A stretch of 64,000 nt of DNA, taken from positions 594 to 64,593 of the forward strand of contig JAOQII010000005.1 of the NCBI GenBank assembly GCA_026134025.1. Reading direction: 5' to 3'. The notes under the pieces were generated by a model. That model saw only the letters and a list, made by a program, of their open reading frames with translations, made no database searches and was not told the DNA's origin. A program made the position numbers and the translations under genes. This DNA is from Candidatus Syntropharchaeum sp. (GTDB lineage Archaea > Halobacteriota > Syntropharchaeia > Syntropharchaeales > Syntropharchaeaceae). Every line of letters starts with the position of its first letter. The stretch's first letter is position 1. Positions 60,343 to 64,000 of this stretch are shown here, piece after piece.

Positions 60343-61520
60343 AGTATCTGATCCTTCTCGGTGACGGGATGGCAGATTATCCCCTGGATGAGCTCAATGG
60401 AAAGACGATCCTGCAGGCTGCAAATACTCCAAACATGGATCATCTCGCAAAGATGGGTTTATCAGGTATTTTCAAATCGATACCAGATGGCATGCCTGCA
60501 GGGAGTGATATTGCAAACCTTTCAATACTTGGCTATGACCCTGCGCTATACTATACAGGAAGAGGTCCACTTGAGGCTGCAAACATGGGGATTGATCTGA
60601 AAGATGGGGATGTTGCCTTCAGGTGTAACCTCATAACCGAGAAGGATGGCAAGCTCGTGGACTATAGTGGCGGGCACATCACAAACGTCGATTCAGAGGT
60701 CTTGATCTCGGTCTTAAAGGAAAAATTGTCCTGTGATCTTTACGCCGGGGTTGGATACAGGCATATTCTCGTCTTGAATGGCGATTTTGAGGGGACGGGT
60801 TGTAATCCACCACACGATATTATTAACGCCCTGATAGAGGATGAACTCACGCTTAATCCTGTTGTAAGAGATCTGATCCTGCGCTCAAAGAAGATTCTTG
60901 AGGATCATCCGATAAATAAAAAGCGTTCGAAAGCGGGGAAAAATCCTGCCAATATGATCTGGCTCTGGGGCGAGGGGAGAAAGCCCAGGATGCCTTCTTT
61001 CTTCGATAAATTTGGATTGAGGGGGTCTGTGATCTCTGCTGTTGATATAATAAAGGGTATTGGAAGGTGCATCGGGTTTGGTGTGATAGAGGTTCCTGGG
61101 GCGACCGGGTATCTTGATACAAACTATCGTGGAAAAGCTGAGTATGCACTAAAAGCACTCAAAAGCGAGGATTGTGATCTCGTGTTTCTCCATGTCGAAG
61201 CCCCTGATGAGGCAGGACATAGCGGAAGTCTCAAGGATAAGATGAATGCTGTCGAGGCATTTGACCGTGAGGTTGTTGGAACAATCCTCGATAACGCGCA
61301 GGGCATCGATCAACTTCGCATCCTTCTTATGCCCGATCACGCCACCCCGATCGCACTGGGCACTCACACACGAGATCCAGTTCCATTCTGCATCTACTCA
61401 CAGGGATACAAGAATGAAAAAGCCGATGATATTACTTCTTTCGATGAATACTCTGCTAAAAATGGGTTTTTTGGATTGGTCGAAGGAGACCGATTGATAA
61501 GGAGTTTTATTCAATTTTAG
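60339..61520 (+). CDS. apgM: Cofactor-independent phosphoglycerate mutase
   Basis: [35 protein letters not shown]. Confidence 0.92.
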   Translation: MKYLILLGDGMADYPLDELNGKTILQAANTPNMDHLAKMGLSGIFKSIPDGMPAGSDIANLSILGYDPALYYTGRGPLEAANMGIDLKDGDVAFRCNLITEKDGKLVDYSGGHITNVDSEVLISVLKEKLSCDLYAGVGYRHILVLNGDFEGTGCNPPHDIINALIEDELTLNPVVRDLILRSKKILEDHPINKKRSKAGKNPANMIWLWGEGRKPRMPSFFDKFGLRGSVISAVDIIKGIGRCIGFGVIEVPGATGYLDTNYRGKAEYALKALKSEDCDLVFLHVEAPDEAGHSGSLKDKMNAVEAFDREVVGTILDNAQGIDQLRILLMPDHATPIALGTHTRDPVPFCIYSQGYKNEKADDITSFDEYSAKNGFFGLVEGDRLIRSFIQF

Positions 61521-61636
61521 GTTTTGATTCCCGATATTAAGCGGTAAAAAAATTCTAATGAGCGAAAACTATATATATAATCAGTCTTCAAATAGAAGGT
61601 AGAAATAGCCTCTGTTGGGGTTATGCATCTGATAAG

Positions 61637-61723
61637 GCAATGAATTTCGATGATAGGGTGATGATTTAATCTGAGGGGCAGAACAAAAACTCATCTGATC
61701 ATCGTTTACTATAAGTTCATTGC
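61637..61723 (+). promoter_or_regulatory. Long hairpin in the putative 5' leader of the histone gene
   Basis: GCAATGAAT/GTTCATTGC and CGATGAT/ATCATCG stems, between a TATA box at about 61570 and the SD at 61743. Confidence 0.4.
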
Positions 61724-61757
61724 TGGATTTGTAAAACTTAAAAGGAGGTGAATGAAG

Positions 61758-61964
61758 ATGGCAATTCTTCCAATTGCACCTGTAGACAGGCTCGTGAGGG
61801 AGGCTGGCGCAGAGAGAGTAAGCGAAGGTGCCCGTGAAGCACTTGCAAAGATCCTTGAAGACGAAGGAATGAAAATCGCCAAGGAAGCAATCAAGCTTGC
61901 AGAGCATGCAGGTCGAAAAACCGTAAAGGTTGAAGATATCGAGCTGGCAGCAGCAAGGGTATAA
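61758..61964 (+). CDS. Archaeal histone (HMf family)
   Basis: LPIAPVDRLVREAGAERVS...AEHAGRKTVKVEDI; GGAGGTG SD; T-rich terminator. Confidence 0.96.
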   Translation: MAILPIAPVDRLVREAGAERVSEGAREALAKILEDEGMKIAKEAIKLAEHAGRKTVKVEDIELAAARV

Positions 61965-62007
61965 TCCCATCTGCTGGTTTTTTTATTTTTTCTTTTTGTT
62001 CGATTTT

Positions 62008-62718
62008 TCATCTCAGCTTTCGCCGCATCTTTAGAATCTTTGATCCCATACTGAAGATATCACTTGAGAGATCGACCTTTGTCATCTCACCGTCTATCCA
62101 TCTGACAGGAAACTCATGAATTCGATAGTTCTTTCGCTGAGCAAGAACTAAAAGCTCGGTATCCCAGAACCAGTGCTCATCCTCAAGTTCATCGATGATC
62201 GCAAAGAGTGCATCTCGCCTGAACGCCTTGAACCCACACTGGTGATCGCGTATCTTTGATCCAAGTAAACTCCTGACGAGAAAGTTATACCCCTTGCTCA
62301 ACATGGTTCGCTTGAATCGCCGCTCAACATCGCTTCCTGGCATGAGCCGTGAGCCTGTTGCAAAATCAAACCCATTACGAATCGCGCCTATGAGTTCTTC
62401 CAGATGTCGGAGGTCTGTTGCAAGATCGACATCCATAAATGCAAGGATCTCACCCTCTGACTCTTTGAAAGCCCTCGCCAGTCCACCAGCCCTTCCAAGA
62501 CGGGTATCGCTATGGAGGTGTCTAACAGAGGCGTGTTCATCTGCGAGCCTGGCTGCAATATCAGAAGTTCCGTCGGTGCTGCCATCCTCTGCGATTATGA
62601 TCTCAAATGATTCTGTGATCTTCTCAAGAGCTTCTATCGTATTTTTCACGCATCGTTCAATACGCGTGGCTTCGTTGTATGCTGGTAGTACCAGTGAGAT
62701 CTCTCTAATTAAGACCAC
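62008..62718 (-). CDS. GT2 glycosyltransferase (dolichyl-phosphate glycosyltransferase-like)
   Basis: LPAYNE, EDGSTDGT, MDVDLA, DHQCGFKAF, WFWDTE. Confidence 0.9.
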   Translation of the reverse strand: MVLIREISLVLPAYNEATRIERCVKNTIEALEKITESFEIIIAEDGSTDGTSDIAARLADEHASVRHLHSDTRLGRAGGLARAFKESEGEILAFMDVDLATDLRHLEELIGAIRNGFDFATGSRLMPGSDVERRFKRTMLSKGYNFLVRSLLGSKIRDHQCGFKAFRRDALFAIIDELEDEHWFWDTELLVLAQRKNYRIHEFPVRWIDGEMTKVDLSSDIFSMGSKILKMRRKLR

Positions 62719-62820
62719 CTACAATCCAGAAGGCGTTGAAGCATAAAAGCGCTTTGGAGTTACCCACCTATTATTTAAATCTATGGAAATAGATAGGATA
62801 TGGTAGGAGTTGGTTGATCG

Positions 62821-64000
62821 ATGGATAAGCTACCTGCACATAATCCTGATTCAAATATGGGCGATTACAATGCTGCTTGCAGAGACTTCAGGTGGGAGGA
62901 GGTTTTAAAGAACTTTGAGTTCTCAAGTACAGGAAGAGTGAATGCAGCCCATGAGGCTGTGGATCGGCATGTAAAGACGATGGGAGATAGGATTGCACTT
63001 CGTTTTCTTGATGATGAGGAAGAAGAGACCTATACCTTCCAGGAGCTTTCGCTTGCATCAAACAGGTTTGCAAACCTCCTTCTGGAGCTTGGTGTAAATA
63101 AAAAGGACCGTGTCTTTATCTTTATGCCACGGAGCCTTGAGCTTTACATCGCATTCTTCGGGATACTTAAAGTGGGTGCGATCCCTGTGCCACTATTTGA
63201 GGCGTTCATGCGAGAAGGGCTTCTGGATCGGATGGGAGACTGTGACCCTGTCGCAGTTGTAACCCACGAGAGCCTGAAGGAGAGGATCCCAAGAGATGAG
63301 GTTGAAACCCTCGAAAGTGTGATCGTGGTGGGCGGTACAGAAGAAAACGAGATAGGTTTCGATGAAATAAAAACGAAAGATAGTAGCTTTGAGCCTGTCT
63401 GGCTTGACCTTGACGATCCGCTCCTGATCCACTACACATCTGGATCAACAGGTAAACCCAAAGGCGTTCTTCATGCACAAAGAGCAATAATTGGACATTA
63501 CCAGACCGGAAAATGGATTCTGGATCTGAATAAAGATGACAACTACTGGTGCACCGCAGATCCTGGCTGGGTCACCGGGACATCATACGGAATCTTTGCA
63601 CCACTCTTAAACGGTGTTGGGACAATTATAAGACAGGGGAGGTTCACAGCAGAGCGATGGTATGAAACGATCGAGCGGGCTAAGGTTACGGTCTGGTACA
63701 CTGCACCCACAGCATTGAGGCTTCTCATGGGCGAGAAAGAGGATACAGCCTCTAAATTTGATCTATCAAGTTTGAGGTATATCCTGAGTGTGGGTGAGCC
63801 TTTAAACCCTGAGGTGATCCGCTGGGCGCTCAAGGTATACAAGCAACCGATTCATGATACGTGGTGGATGACAGAGACAGGTATGATCATGATCTCAAAC
63901 TATCCCTCGATGCCGATTAAGCCTGGATCGATGGGTAAGCCTTTTCCCGGCGTGGAGGCTGCGATCATCGATGATAATGGAAAGGAACTTGGCGTGAATG
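62821..64000 (+). CDS. acsA: Acetate/short-chain acyl-CoA ligase, runs off the window edge
   Basis: NAAHEAVDRH, HYTSGSTGKPKG, WCTADPGWVTG, SVGEPLN, DTWWMTETG, KPGSMGKP. Confidence 0.9.
   Translation, partial: MDKLPAHNPDSNMGDYNAACRDFRWEEVLKNFEFSSTGRVNAAHEAVDRHVKTMGDRIALRFLDDEEEETYTFQELSLASNRFANLLLELGVNKKDRVFIFMPRSLELYIAFFGILKVGAIPVPLFEAFMREGLLDRMGDCDPVAVVTHESLKERIPRDEVETLESVIVVGGTEENEIGFDEIKTKDSSFEPVWLDLDDPLLIHYTSGSTGKPKGVLHAQRAIIGHYQTGKWILDLNKDDNYWCTADPGWVTGTSYGIFAPLLNGVGTIIRQGRFTAERWYETIERAKVTVWYTAPTALRLLMGEKEDTASKFDLSSLRYILSVGEPLNPEVIRWALKVYKQPIHDTWWMTETGMIMISNYPSMPIKPGSMGKPFPGVEAAIIDDNGKELGVN

Noticed and set aside
67-63842. Many long antisense ORFs in the ORF track (e.g. 2266-2928, 6502-7068, 7860-8513, 53133-53780)
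   Set aside because: Shadow frames of well-supported genes on the opposite strand
1-64000. CRISPR arrays, rRNA, integrase or provirus, Sec/Pyl read-through
   Set aside because: No regularly spaced repeats, rRNA-like tracts, viral hallmark genes or in-frame stops in conserved genes were seen by eye

Overview
Gene-dense archaeal chromosomal window (RpoE/Spt4/Rpo4, thermosome, histone, class I LysRS, type A RNase P RNA, tRNA-Leu). It carries an ACDS/CODH operon (cdhA-B-C-[small ORF]-D-E) and a very divergent MCR-family operon in the order beta-alpha-gamma with no mcrC/mcrD. Together these point to an anaerobic multi-carbon-alkane oxidiser of the Ca. Syntrophoarchaeum type (inference, not a database result). 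Most notable: (1) a remodelled alkyl-CoM reductase active site, with a stand-alone NifB and a RibD-like/AfpA pair directly upstream; (2) a rearranged ACDS, where a 52-aa ORF missed by the ORF track looks like the detached CdhC tail and shares a basic N-terminal tag with CdhD, and CdhD has an extra [4Fe-4S] domain; (3) a CetZ + membrane-anchored protein + HEAT-repeat operon. Also present: an IS481 element, a 287-bp internally deleted IS481 derivative, a decayed MNT-HEPN module, an orphan RuvA, an orphan PAS-STAS (RsbR-like) sensor and a DUF655 gene without a canonical start codon. All assignments come from motif recognition by eye; residue numbering is from recalled consensus sequences and needs alignment to confirm.
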